Source: Octopus sinensis
Taxonomy: Eukaryota
Assembly (NCBI RefSeq): GCF_006345805.1
Contig: NC_043016.1
Location: 9,920,001-9,984,000 of the forward strand
Direction of reading: 5' to 3'
Length of the DNA stretch: 64,000 nucleotides
This document shows positions 1 through 12,490 of this stretch, in pieces. Positions within the stretch are counted from its first letter, which is position 1. The number at the start of each line of letters is the position of its first letter. The position numbers and the translations under genes are program-made. The notes below the pieces were generated by a model. It worked only from the letters and a program-made list of their open reading frames with translations. It ran no database searches and was not told the DNA's origin.

Positions 1-18
1 GCCACAACATCTTCCATT

Positions 19-423
19 GGTGAGATAAACTCACAGAATGAAGCAGTTTGATAAAATATTATCACATGATTTTGAAATTTGATCAACAGGATCTTGTTTC
101 TCATCAGATGTTTCTACAATTCCTCTGGGTGAAAGAAATAGCCTGCTTCCCATTTGTTCATGAATAAAAAAAAAAATTTTTTAAAAACTGAAAACTTGAA
201 AAGCAAGCACTAAAATTCAAAGTGGTTAAAGTGGATATACAATAAGATATTAAAGTGCTCGCTTTTCAATGGGTTTTCTTCTCATGAATGAATGGGAGAT
301 GGGCTATCTCTTTAATCTGGAGTAATTGTAGATACATCTGAGAAACAAGATCCTGAGGATCAAATTTTGAAATCACATGATAACGTTTTATCAAACTACT
401 CCATTCTGCGAGTATATCTTGCC
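19..423. mobile_element. MITE/foldback-like element with ~145-bp inverted arms
   Basis: 19-163 is an imperfect reverse complement of 282-423, e.g. cagaatgaagcagtttgataaaa versus ttttatcaaactactccattctg. Confidence 0.75.
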
Positions 424-784
424 GATGAAGTTAGTACTTTTGTGTAGCTGTTTGATTTAAATTTTAGCTTCATTTCTAGCACTTATAGGTGCTATTTTGC
501 AGCCTAATTTATTAATAAATGTGTATATGTATGTATGTATGTATATATATATATATATATTATATATAATATATATATATATATATATATTATATACACC
601 AATTAAGGACTGAACACGAAAAGTGGACAGTCAACATGCTAGATATAGACGTCAAATCGCCATTCTCTACAAAAGATTATGTTCTCAGATCAAACTCACA
701 CCAACCCAAGCAAAAACAAGTGAAAATATACGAAAACAATACTTATCCATGTACTGAATCAGTTCGACTAATATAATATATATA

Positions 785-820
<36 letters not shown>

Positions 821-904
821 AAAGTTTATGAAAATAAACAAAAGACGAAGGCAGTTGGAGTACAAACAAACAAATGTATTAGTATAGTGCTTAGAAATAG
901 AAAG

Positions 905-942
905 TCTTCTACGTTTCGAGCCTACGCTCTTCGACAGAAAGA
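905..942 (-). ncRNA. Putative minimal type I hammerhead ribozyme (Penelope-type, A6U core variant)
   Basis: Minus strand reads TCTTT-CTGTCGA-A-GAGC(GTAG)GCTC-GAA-ACGT-A-GAAGA: stem I, core, stem II, GAA, palindromic stem III and NUH site. Confidence 0.6.
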
Positions 943-2438
943 TACACAGAAAAAAACAGAGAGAAAAAATGCGTGTAGGAGCTAACAATCTATCATGGCG
1001 TCCTATATAGGTCCTGATTCATTCAACTAAAATTCAACATGCATGCATGGACGTAATCTAATGATTGAGACCAGTAAAAGGTAAGATAAAAATGTGTAGT
1101 CCTAACTTCACTGAAGCTAAGATCAATTTGTGTTAGTCCTTCTTGTTGCCCTCGTTACAATATTTCTCTTGAAATACACTGACCTTGTTTCAGTTAATTT
1201 AAAAGCTAATAAAGAATTTAGTCAAATGATTTTATCTGACCCATGGAAGGATGATCAATATACTACTACTGTTGATGATGATGATGATGGAGTTTTAAAA
1301 ATGTTTTTAGAAAGACCTTCACAAATGCTGACAGCATAAATGAACATGAAATCTTAATGAAAGGTTTTAATTCTGATCACTTAAAACAGAACCAGTTGTT
1401 CCCAGGCAAGTTGGTATGAAAAGGGTTAAAAATCTCAATCTTTTAATAAAGGCCAGATATAGATTCTTGCGTAGAATGTCTTTTTGTATAAGAACTATCT
1501 ATTAGAAAGTATTTTGTCAAGTCTTTCATGAGGAAAATGTTCCATATAGCCAGGGCTTAAATTAGAAATGTTTTATTTTCAAATTTTATTTAGTAGGTGT
1601 TATTAACCATTGTCTAATAATGACTGGAATGTTACATCACATGACCCATAAAAAGTGCTTCGGTATACGTGTGTGTGTGTGTCCAAGTATTTTGTGTGTG
1701 CGTCTGTGTGATGTTCATTGGTATTTTTGTATGCATCACGTAGATCAAAATATGCGTACTTGCATTGACTTGCCATGGCCCATCGTGTGTGTGTGTGTGT
1801 CTTGGTATTTCTATTCATACAAAACAATAACATTGCGTTACATAATGACTGTGTGTTAGCATGTATGTGTGTGTGTATACATATATGCCCCCATTGTTTC
1901 TGTGTGTGTGCTGGAATTATTTTAATGAGTAAAGATACATTGTTACATAACATGTGTATAAAAAAAAAAGTACTAAAATCCATGGTATGTGAGTATTTAA
2001 GTGTTGGTATTTGTGTAGGTCTTTCTAAAGACATTTCTTAAATTCCATCATCCTCCATATATTGATGTACGCTCTTCCATTCTTGCATGAGTCAGACTGT
2101 GAGTTTGAGGCAGATTTGTCTACAACTGGATGCCTTTCCTGCCACCAACCTTGATCTGTTTTCCCCACACAATGTAATATTTTCCCCAAGGCCTGACATG
2201 TTCTTGCAGACTTTTGGAATTGATTGGCACTTGCTTGTTATGACAGTAACACTGGATTATACCTATCATGCGATGACAAGACAAGGACATACACGTGTGT
2301 GTGTACACACAACCCACCATGCACACAAATACACACATTAAAAGCACCCAGTACACTTCATTAAGTGGTTGATATTAGGAAGGGCATCCAGCCATAGAAA
2401 CCATGCCACTATTGCAGACTGATCAGCTCGTTGTCAAA

Positions 2439-2858
2439 CCTATTTCTTTATTACCCACAACGGGCTAAACACAGAGAGGACAAACAAGGACAGACAAAGG
2501 GATTAAGTCGATCATATCGACCCCAGTGCATAACTGGTCCTTAATTTATCGACCCCAAAAGGATGAAAGGCAAAGTCGACCTTGGCGGAATTTGAACTCA
2601 GAACGTAACGGCAGACGAAATAACTATTTCTTCACTACCCACAAGGGGCTAAACACAGAGAGGACAAACAAGGACAGACAAATGGATTAAGTCGATTACA
2701 TTGACCCTAGTGCGTAACTGGTCCTTTAATTTATCGACCCCGAAAGGATGAAAGGCAAAGTCGACCTCGGCAGAATTTGAACTCAGAACGTAGCGGCAGA
2801 CAAAATACCGCGAAGCATTTCGCCCGGCGTGCTAACGTTTCTGCCAGCTCGCCGCCTT
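2439..2858 (-). mobile_element. SINE family B (head aaggcggcgagctggcagaaacg), two tandem body units
   Basis: Near-identical to copies at 10061, 16590, 37436 and 61935. Confidence 0.8.
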
Positions 2859-3067
2859 AAAACCATCCAACCCATGCCAGCATGGAAAACGGATGTTAAA
2901 CAATGTGTGTGTGTGTGTGTGTAATTTCGGTTTTCATCAACCAAATATTCACTCTCAAGGCTTTAGTCAGCCCTGGACTATTATAGAAGGTGCCTTGCTG
3001 TGGGATTGAACTCATAACCGTGTGGTTGGAAAGCAGACTTCTTAACCACAGAGCCATGCTTGCATCT

Positions 3068-3471
3068 CTCTTTTACTCTTTTACTTTTTTCAGTCATTTG
3101 ACTGCGGCCATGCTGGAGCACCGCCTTTAATCGAGCAACTCGACCCCCGGCACTTATTCTTTTGTAAGCCCAGTACTTATTCTATTGGTCTCTTTTGCCG
3201 AACCGCTAAGTAACGGGGACATAAACACACCAGCATCGGTTGTCAAGCAATGCTAGGGGACAAACAGACACACAAACACAGACACGCATATATATATATA
3301 CATATATACGACAGGCTTCTTTCAGTTTCCGTCTACCAAATCCACTCACAAGGCTTTGGTCGGCCCGAGGCTATAGTTGAAGACACTTGCCCAAGGTGCC
3401 ATGCAGTGGGACTGAACCCGGAACCATGTGGTTGGTAGAAAAGCTACTTACTACACAGCCACTCCTGCGCC
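3068..3471 (-). mobile_element. tRNA-derived SINE family A (head ggcgcaggagtggctgtgtgg), full length
   Basis: A-box-like TGGCTGTGTGG and B-box-like GGTTCAGTCCC, internal (TA/CA)n, tail gactgaaacaagtaaaagag; ten or more copies in the window. Confidence 0.85.
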
Positions 3472-4012
3472 TGTTTATATAAATTTTCCAAATTCAGTAA
3501 TGTATGTGTGTGTATCAGTGAAACCAGTCTGTTTGTCTGCCTGCCTGTCTGTCTGAAAGCTTGGGCAAATATAGGATTGTCTTATCCATCTTCTGCTCCC
3601 ATTCATGGAATACTTAGCATCTCACACAGCTAAAAACCATCAGAACATCAGAAAAATGGATTTGCAGTATTACTTTTACATTCCGAGTTCAAATTCCCCT
3701 GAGATCACTTTTGCCATTCATCCCTCAATGAAGTAAATACCAGTCATGTACTGGGGGTCAGTGATATTCACTATACTTCATCAACCCAAAACTTTTAGTC
3801 CTGTGGCAGTGGAGAGAATGTAGCGTACTGGACAAAATGCTTGGTGGCATTTCCTGTTTTTTATGTCCTATGTTCAAATTCTATCATTCGATTTATCTTT
3901 AATCTTTTCAGGATTGGTGAAATAATTATTAGTTGAGCACGGCGGTCTATAGAATTGACCTGAGCTTTCTCCTTCAAAATTTCAGGCCTTGTGCCTGTTG
4001 TAGACTTATTAT

Positions 4013-4379
4013 TATTACCTCAACCTTAGTGAAAGCAGAGGTATTGTTTTCAGTTGTGTTTGTTTGTTTGTCCATGGACAAGATATCTCAAGAACTGCTG
4101 GATGAATTCGGATGAAACTTTCAGGGTTGTTTGGCCTCATGACTGGCACAAACTGATTAGATTTTGGGATCGATCCAGTACCGGACAAGGATTCTGGATT
4201 CTTCCTGTTTTTTTTTTTACTTAATTTTTGAGAGCGATCAGGTTCATTTTTAGTGTTCTCATTTGTGAGAGCCGTCAAATTTATTTCAGATATTCTCATT
4301 TTAAAAATCATCTCCAGCTAATTGTTAAGAGGATGTTGGTGGTGCCTTGGCAGAGGTTTGCACTCTCTGAGTGCTCTTA
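4013..4379 (+). mobile_element. Helentron-associated (HINE/DINE-1-like) non-autonomous element
   Basis: 5' attacctc...agaggt stem, (GTTT)n tract, 3' subterminal inverted repeat ccttggcagaggt and hairpin GCACTC-TCT-GAGTGC; second copy inverted at 47974-48337. Confidence 0.65.
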
Positions 4380-6420
4380 TTATGAGGCTGCGAGCTGGTA
4401 GAATTGTTAGCATACTGGACGAAATGCTTAGCAGTATTCCGATTGTTGCTCCATTCTGAGTTCAAATTGTGCCGAGGTCAACTTTACCTTTCATTCTCTC
4501 GGGGTTTATAAATTAAGTACCAGTTGAGTACTGGGGTTGTTGTAATCGACTATCCTCTCCCTCAAATTTGAGGTCTTGTGGTTCGGGTGTTGCACTCACA
4601 GTTGCTAGATCGGGTGATGCATTGTGTTCTTGAGCAAAGCACTTCATCTCATGTTGCTCTGCAATCATTTTGACACCTGATGCATGGCACACCTGTGTGC
4701 ACCTGGCTGTGTCAATTTGACAGGCTGAATGAGCCAATGTGCAGCACAAGCATTTGACCACTATAAACAAATCTGTTCAGGTTATTTGGCAAAAAAAAAA
4801 AGCTGAACACTCATGTGCTATTTTTGACAGGAGAGTCCGTCATTATTAATATTTTTGAGTGAGAGTAGTACATGCCGTCAAAGTGCTACTGGGGCACAAA
4901 TATATGAAGCCCAATATACCCATCACGACTACCTGACTGATAAGGGTACACCAGGCACATATGTGCATGAAGTGGTGATATCATATCAAGATAGACAGCT
5001 CATTACCTTGCAAGTGGGGTCCAGTTAGAATTTTCTTCAGGTTGAGTAGCCCATCCCACTCAAAAGGTCCTTGAATAAGGGTTGTTTAAGAATGTTGAAT
5101 GAAACATTGTTTCTAGAGATGTATTATTCAAACTCCAAAAAATTCCTCTCAAACATGGCTATGATGTTCCCCCACTACTTCTGCACATGATCAGAGATGC
5201 ACGTATCGTCAGCCACTAAGGAACATGCTCAACTGGTTACGGTCAAACAACTGACAAGCAAATCTGTTGTATTGAGCAGAATATTTGCTGTAGCCCATCT
5301 TTTATACCAAGACAAAACAATGTACATGATAACACTTCCAATCAGTTAAGATCAGAAGCCACAAGAGCCACTGCCTGGTACTGCATTAGGGCATTCATTA
5401 TTATTATTATTATCTAAAGCTGCAAGCCAGCAGAATCATTAGCACACCAGGCAAAATGCTTAGCAATCTATCTTTATATTCTGAGTTCAAATTCTGCTGA
5501 AGTCAATTTTGTCTTTCATTCTTTTAGAGTCGATAAATTCAGTACCAGTGAAACACTGGGGTGAATATAATTGATAGTTTCCTCTCCTCAAATTTCAGGC
5601 CTTGTGCCTTTAGTAGAAAGGATTATTATTATTATTAAGGCAGTGAGCTGGCAGAAACGTTAGCACACTGGGCAAAATACTTAGCAGTATTTCATCTGCC
5701 ACTACATTCTGAGTTCAAATTCCACCAAGGTCAACTTTGCCTTTCATCTTTTCGGGGGTCAATTAAATAAGTACCAGTTATACACCAGGGTTGATGTAGC
5801 TGACTCAATTCCTTCCCCTGAATTTGAGGCCTTGTACTTCCTGTAGAAAGGATTATTATTGTTGTTGTTGTTGTGATAGTGAATCGTTTGAGAGTTTGAC
5901 ATAATGTCTTCGAAGTATTTGTTCTGGTGCTTTATGTTCTGAGTTCAAATACAACACTGGTCAACTTTACCTTCTATCCTTTGTGATCAATAAAATAAGG
6001 TCTCAGTCAACTACTGAGGTTAATTGACTATTCCATTTTTCCCAAACTTATGCTAGAAATAATAATTACCATTATTATTGTTCTTTTATTGTTGAAGTAG
6101 CTACATTTTTATGATCGGATAATAAAGCCTGGAATTTTATTACCCAAACATTTTAAAGTTGAATCATATATTGTCTCACTGTTCTTCACATCATTTTTAA
6201 CTGTTAAATTCAAAACTTGCAAATAGCTATGGATTCCACTCTCACCTACTGCTTGTCCTTCTATTAAACATAAAATCACCTGTAGCTTCTGAATTCTTCT
6301 GACTTCAAAAAACAAAAAAGTAATTAACTTCAGCAATCTACTAGTTAAAACTCTCTAGTGCCCAGCTACACACAACCAGGCACTTGTAAGTATTTTCACT
6401 GTTATATTTGTTGGAATTAA

Positions 6421-6900
6421 GATCATCATCATCATTGTTTAATGTCCGTTTTCTGTGCTAACAGGGGTTGGACGGTTCGACCGGGGTCTGGGAAGACAGG
6501 AGGCTGCACCAGGCTCCAGTCTGATCTGGCAGTGTTTTTACAGTTGGATGCCCTTCCTAACACCAACCTCCATGATTGTAGTGGGTGCTTTTTATGTGCC
6601 ACAGGAGGCTGGCAGCGGCCACAATCGGTTGGTGCTTTTTACGTGCCACCGGCACAGAAGCCAGTCAAGGCGGCACTGGCATCGGCCACGTTCGGATTGT
6701 GCTTTTTACGTGCCACCGGCACAGGTATCACAACTGCAATTTCCATTTGATATTTATTTTGATGTTGATGTACTTGACTCAATAGGTCTACTCAAACACA
6801 GCAGGTCATGTGCCACCGGCACAGAAGGCAGCGCTGGCATCGGCCACGTTCGGATGGTGCTTTTTATGTGCCTCCGGCACAGGTATCGTAGCTACAATTT
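6421..6900 (-). mobile_element. SINE-like family C ((CAT/GAT)n RTE-type tail, internal gtgccaccggcac repeats)
   Basis: Shares gttaggaagggcatccagc and catgctagcatggaaagcggacgttaaacgatgatg motifs with many copies (9890, 17268, 19519, 21306, 25725, 40712, 62980). Confidence 0.75.
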
Positions 6901-7741
6901 CTATTTGATATTGATGTACTTGACTCAGTAGGTCTCCTCAAGCACTGCAGGTCACCTTATGATCCAAGGTAAGCACAGCAGGCCATCCTGCAATCCAAGG
7001 TACTTTGGATGGGCTGGGGCTATGCGAAACTGGTGCAGGAAGCAGCCTGGGTCTTTGCAGTCACGTATACTAGATGCACCTCTTTCAGTCACACATATTC
7101 ACAGAAAAAAGTTTTAATCTTTAATGCATGTAATATTTAACACAGTGATTACAGGTTCAGTCCCACTGCATGGCACCTTGAGCAAGTGTTTTGTACTATA
7201 GGCTTGGGCAGACCAAAGCTTTGAGTGTAGATTTGGCAGATGGAAACTGAAAGAAGCCCATCATGTATATATATATGTGTGTGCATGTGTATATTTATGT
7301 GTATGTCCCCCACTACTGCTTGATAACTGGAGTGTTTGTATCCTTGTAACTTAGTTCGGCAAAAGAGACTGATTGAATAAGTACCACTTTTTTAAAAAGA
7401 ATAGTACTGGGGTCGATTCATTTGACAGAAAATTCAAAGTGGTGCTCCAGCATGGCTGCAGTCTAGCGACTGAAATGAAATAAGATATATGACCCAAGAT
7501 TTTTTATTTGAGACATTCTTTTGCGGGTGGGAAATGCATCTTAAATTCCATCAAATATTATGTCTTGACATTTAACAGCACTCTAACCATCACTGGGCCT
7601 AAGTCATAGTACTACATTTTCCAATCTTATTATGTTACAACTATTATTATTATGACTTCTGGAGAAACAGAATTTTGAATCTCTTCAATATTGAATTTCA
7701 TTATTTTCACATTCCTCTTTCTATTTCACATCTGTTTCCAG

Positions 7742-7888
7742 GGAATGATGTCAAAGAGAGGTACCCGTGTTGCAACATGGAAGGAGAGATTCTTTGTGTT
7801 GAAGCCAGCATGTTTGTTATATTACACAGGACCAGACCAAAAGGAAATGAAAGGGTCCATCGATATCAACCAATCTTGTGCTGTTGTG
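7742..7888 (+). CDS. SWAP70: SWAP70/DEF6-family gene, first exon visible in the window (N-terminal half of the PH domain)
   Basis: Acceptor ttccag at 7736-7741 and donor gtaagt at 7889; 147 nt, phase 0/0. Translation GMMSKRGTRVATWKERFFVLKPACLLYYTGPDQKEMKGSIDINQSCAVV matches the SWAP70 PH pattern GYMxKKG...W.ERWFVLKP..ISYY...D.K..KG.I. Confidence 0.92.
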
Positions 7889-8110
7889 GTAAGTTGCTGC
7901 AAGCCAAAGTGGTGCTTTACCATTTTGAAATTGAAACCAGCTGAAACCACTTCTGGTTCTACAATACAATACAAAAAAAAAAAAAAATGTTTTAAAGTAT
8001 TCATATTAAAATTGAAAGCTTCTGTCATAATCTTATGTAGGATCTTTTATCAAAGTTAGGTTTCAAATGAACATGTTTTTCTCATTTTTTTCAATCTTCA
8101 TTGTTTACAG

Positions 8111-8210
8111 CCCACACAAGAAAAAACTTGTCGATTTATGATACGGACAAAAATCAAAGATTATGAGTTGAATGTCAGTGATATGAAATCAAAGAATGAA
8201 TGGATTACAG
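8111..8210 (+). CDS. SWAP70: SWAP70-like exon (C-terminal half of the PH domain)
   Basis: Acceptor tttacag and donor gtaag at 8211; 100 nt, phase 0/1. Translation PTQEKTCRFMIRTKIKDYELNVSDMKSKNEWIT includes the invariant PH-domain Trp (EWI). Confidence 0.92.
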
Positions 8211-10060
8211 GTAAGAATTTTTTAATAAGTGTGTCTTTTTATTCTTATTACCATGGCTAAGGTGCTGGTGAGCTAATAAAATCATTACTGCACCTACTAA
8301 ATCTTAGTGGCAAGCCTTGAAGAATTTTAGTCAAACAAATCAGCCCCAGTGCTTATTTTTTTCAAGCCCAATACTTATTCTGTTGGTCTGTTTTGTTGAA
8401 CCACTAAGAGGGGATGTAAACACACCAACGCTGGTTTTCAAGTGGTGGTAAGGTACAGATGTAGATACACACACACACATGCATGAACGCGACAGGCTTC
8501 TTTCAGTTTCTGTCTTCCAAATCCACTCTTAAGGCATTGTTAGAAGAGCCTTGCCCAAGGTGCCACACAGTGGGACTGAACTTAGAACCATGGGGTTGGG
8601 AAGCAAACTTCATCCCGCACAACCAGTTTTAGCTGAGCAATTGCTTTCATACAATTCTTTATTTTAATCGGGGATGTAAGTTCAAATCATGTACCCACCT
8701 AGTTCATCATCATTTAATCTTCGCTTTCCATGCTGGCATGGGTTGGACAGTTTGACCGAGGACTGGCAAGCCAGATGGCTGCAGTTACTTAGCAGTTTGG
8801 CAAAAGAGACCAATAGAATAAGAACTAGGCTTCCAAAGAATGAGTCCTGGGTCAATTTGCTCGACTAAAGGTGGTGCTCCAGCATGGCCGCAGTCAAATG
8901 ACTGAAACAAGTAAAAGAGAGTAAAGAGAGTAATCATATGAATTCCTGTGTGTAGAACACAAATTTGCCAACATTTTCTGAACATTTCAAAAAATAAAAT
9001 AAAAACATTACGAGAGGTAGTACTGGGTGCTTAAACCAGAATTCCACCCAATATTGACAAACTTAATGGCACTTATGTAATTATTCCTAAAGCAGTTCTG
9101 AGACCAGAAATCTTCCTGAAAAGGACTTTAGAGGACTACATTAGCATCAGTACTTGTTTTGTACTTTATAGAGACCTCAGGATGATGAAAAGCAAAGTTA
9201 ACCTTCCCAGGGTTTGAACACAAAATATTTAAATCAAAGTCTGAAGGAACAATGTTATGTATCTTGTCTGATGGTCTTTAATGATTTAGCCCAAGCTGTC
9301 TCGTTATCCCTTATGTAATAGCAACAAATTGGGGCTGTACCTTCAGGATTTACTTTTTTTGTTTTTAGTGGCTGAGTGGTAAGAATCTTGCTTTCCAACC
9401 ACATGGTTCTGAGTTCTATCCCACTGCGTGGAACTTTGCACAAGTGTTTTCTTCTATAGCATTGGGCTGACCAAAGCCTAGTGAATGGATTTGGTAAATG
9501 GAAACTGAAAGAAGCCCATAATGTGTGTGTGTGTATGTGTGCATATATATATGTATATATGGCTGTAAGGTCAGTAGTTTTACTTCCCAACCACATGGCT
9601 GCAGTTTCGGTTCCACTGCATGACACCTTGGCCAAGTGTCAAATACAGTTAGGCCTTAGGCTGACCAAAGCATTGTGAATGGATTTGGTGGTCAAAAACT
9701 GAAAGAAGCTAATCACACACAAAAACACACACACAAACATATCTATATAGTTGGGCCTTACAGAGGCAATGACTGAGACCTTCAGCGTTGTCGTACTTGA
9801 AAAGACCCATCAAGCTGAGCAAAATTGAAGTCATGGCAGATACTGGTGTCACACAAATGGCACCTGTGGCGGTGGTATGTAAACGCACCCATTACATTCT
9901 TGGAGTGTTTGGCATTAGGAAGGGCATCCAGCCATAGAAAACCATGCCAAATCAGACTGGAGTCTGGTGCAGCCTTCCTGCCTACCAGCCCTGGTCAAAC
10001 CATTCAACCCATGACAGCATATACAATGGACGCTAAATGATGATATATTTGTGTCTTTAA

Positions 10061-10660
10061 AAGGCGGCGAGCTGGCAGAAACGTTAGCACACCAGGCGAA
10101 ATGCTTAGCGGTATTACGTCTGCCGTTACGTTGTGAGTTCAAATTCCGCCGAGGTCGACTTTGCCTTTCATCCTTTCGGGGTCGATAAATTAAGTACCAG
10201 TTACGCACTGGGGTCGATGTAATCGACTTAATACCTATGTCTGTCCTTGTCCCCTCTGTGTTTAGCCCCTTGTGGGTAATAAAGAAACAGGTATTTCGTC
10301 TGCCACTACATTCTGATTTCAAATTCCGCCGGGGTCAACTTTGCCTTTCATCCTTTCAGGGTTGATTAAATAAGTACCAGTTGCGCACTGGGGTTGATGT
10401 AATTGACTTAATACCTATGTCTGTCCTTGTTTGCCCCCTCTGTGTTTAGCCCCTTGTGAGTAATAAAGAAATAGGTATTTCTTCTGCCGTTATGTTCTGA
10501 GTTCAAATTCTGCCGAGGTCGACTTTGCCTTTCATCCTTTCCTGGTCGATTAAATAAGTACCAGTTACGCACTGGGGTCGATGTAATCAACTTAATCCGT
10601 TTGTCTGTCCTCATTTGTCCCCTCTATGTTTAGCCCCTTGTGGGCAATAAAGAAACAGAT
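10061..10660 (+). mobile_element. SINE family B with three tandem body units
   Basis: One head followed by three ~180-bp units joined at aaagaaa(c/t)ag|gtatttc. Confidence 0.8.
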
Positions 10661-11489
10661 ATATTTGCGTCTTTGTGTTTGTATTTATCCCCCACCAGCA
10701 ACCGGTGCTGGTTTGTTTATGACGCCATAACTTAGCAATATGGCAAAAGAGACTTATTGAATAAGTACCAAGCTAAGAAAAAAGACAGAAAAAAAATGTA
10801 CTGGGTTCGATACATCTGAGTAAAAATTCTTCAAGGCAGTACCCCAACATGGTCGCAGTCTAATGACTGAAACAAGTAAAAGATAAAAAAACAGTTAAAC
10901 AAGAATTTATTAAATAATGGTAAATCATCTGACAAGCTGCAGTACTAAAAAAAGAATTGGCAATATTTTTTCCTTAGGTATGCCATTCAGAAATTCTCAT
11001 GAGCCACATGTGGCCCATGATGCCAGTTTTTGCTTCAGATTGTAATTTTTTTTTTCGTTTATATTTGCATATTTTGGGAAGGCAGGGAAAGCAAATTCTT
11101 GTGATTGTAACCAGTCACTTCATATTCTCGACTCAAGCAATTAAAAATGTTCTTGCACAAGCGTGGTTGTGTGGTAAGAAGTTTGCTTCCCAACCACATG
11201 GTTCTGGGTTCAGTCCCATTGCATGACACCTGAGCATGTCTTCTACTATAGCCTCGAGCCAACCAAAACCTATTGTCTGGATTCAGTGGAGGATAACTAA
11301 AAGCCCATTGATTGTGTGTGTCTCTTGAGAACTGGTGTTGGTGTGTTTATGTCCTTGTAACTTAGCTGTTCAGCAAAAGAGACTGACAGAATAAGTACAG
11401 GCTTAAAGAAATAAGTATTGGGTTTGTTTGAAAAAATTCTTCAAAGTGGTACCCTAGCATGGCTGCATTCTAATGACTGAAACAAGTAA

Positions 11490-12490
11490 GATATACTGGG
11501 ATTGATTTGTTCAACTAAAACCCTTCAAGGTGGTGCCCCAGCATGGCCACAGTCCAATGACTGAAACAGTAAAAGATAAAAGATATACTGGGATTGATTT
11601 GTTCAACTAAAACCCTCAAGATGGTGCCCCAGCATGGCCACAGTCAATGACTGAAACAAGTAAAAGATAAAAGATATACTGGATTGATTTGTTCAACTAA
11701 AACCCTTCAAGATGGTGCCCCAGCATGGCCACAGTCCAATGACTGAAACAAGTAAAAGATAAAAGATATACTGGGATTGATTGTTCAACTAACACCCTTC
11801 AGATGGTGCCCCAGCATGGCCACAGTCCAATGACTGAAACAAGTAAAAGATAAAAGATATACTGGGATTGATTTGTTCAACTAAAACCATTCAAGGTGGT
11901 GCCCCAGCATGGCCACAGTCCAATGACTGAAACAAGTAAAAGATAAAAGATATACTGGTATTGATTTGTTCAACTAAAACCCTTCAAGGTGGTGCCCCAG
12001 CATGCCACAGTCCAATGACTGAAACAAGTAAAAGATAAAATATACTGGGATTGATTTGTTCAACTAAAACCTTCAAGATGGTGCCCCAGCATGGCCACAG
12101 TCCAATGACTGAACAAGTAAAAGATAAAAGATATACTGGGATTGATTTGTTCAACTAACACCCTTCAAGATGGTGCCCCAGCATGGCCACAGTCAATGAC
12201 TGAAACAAGTAAAAGATAAAAGATATACTGGGATTGATTTGTTCAACTAAAACCATTCAAGGTGGTGCCCCAGCATGGCCACAGTCCAATGACTGAAACA
12301 AGTAAGATAAAAGATATACTGGTATTGATTTGTTCAACTAAAACCCTTCAAGGTGGTGCCCCAGCATGGCCACAGTCCAATGACTGAAACAAGTAAAAGA
12401 TAAAAGATATACTGGGATTGATTTGTTCAACCGAAAACCTTCAAGGTGGTGCCCCAGCACAGCCACAGTCCAATGACTGAGATAAGTAAA
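11490..12490 (+). repeat. Tandem array of 11 copies of a ~92-bp unit derived from the SINE-A 3' end
   Basis: Unit gatatactgggattgatttgttcaactaaaacccttcaaggtggtgccccagcatggccacagtccaatgactgaaacaagtaaaagataaaa, starting at about 11490, 11582, 11673, 11765, 11856, 11949, 12040, 12130, 12222, 12313 and 12406. Confidence 0.95.

Noticed and set aside
535-810. Abundant (AT)n, (TG)n, (CA)n and (AAT)n microsatellites across the window
   Set aside because: Ordinary background for this type of genome, often part of SINE bodies.
3911-3940. Candidate upstream SWAP70 exon after ttttcag
   Set aside because: All three frames stop within about 10 codons; the EF-hand exons appear to lie upstream of the window.
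11490-12490. CRISPR-like appearance of regularly spaced repeats (also at 23917 and 58330)
   Set aside because: There are no unique spacers and no cas genes, and the context is eukaryotic; these are head-to-tail tandem repeats.
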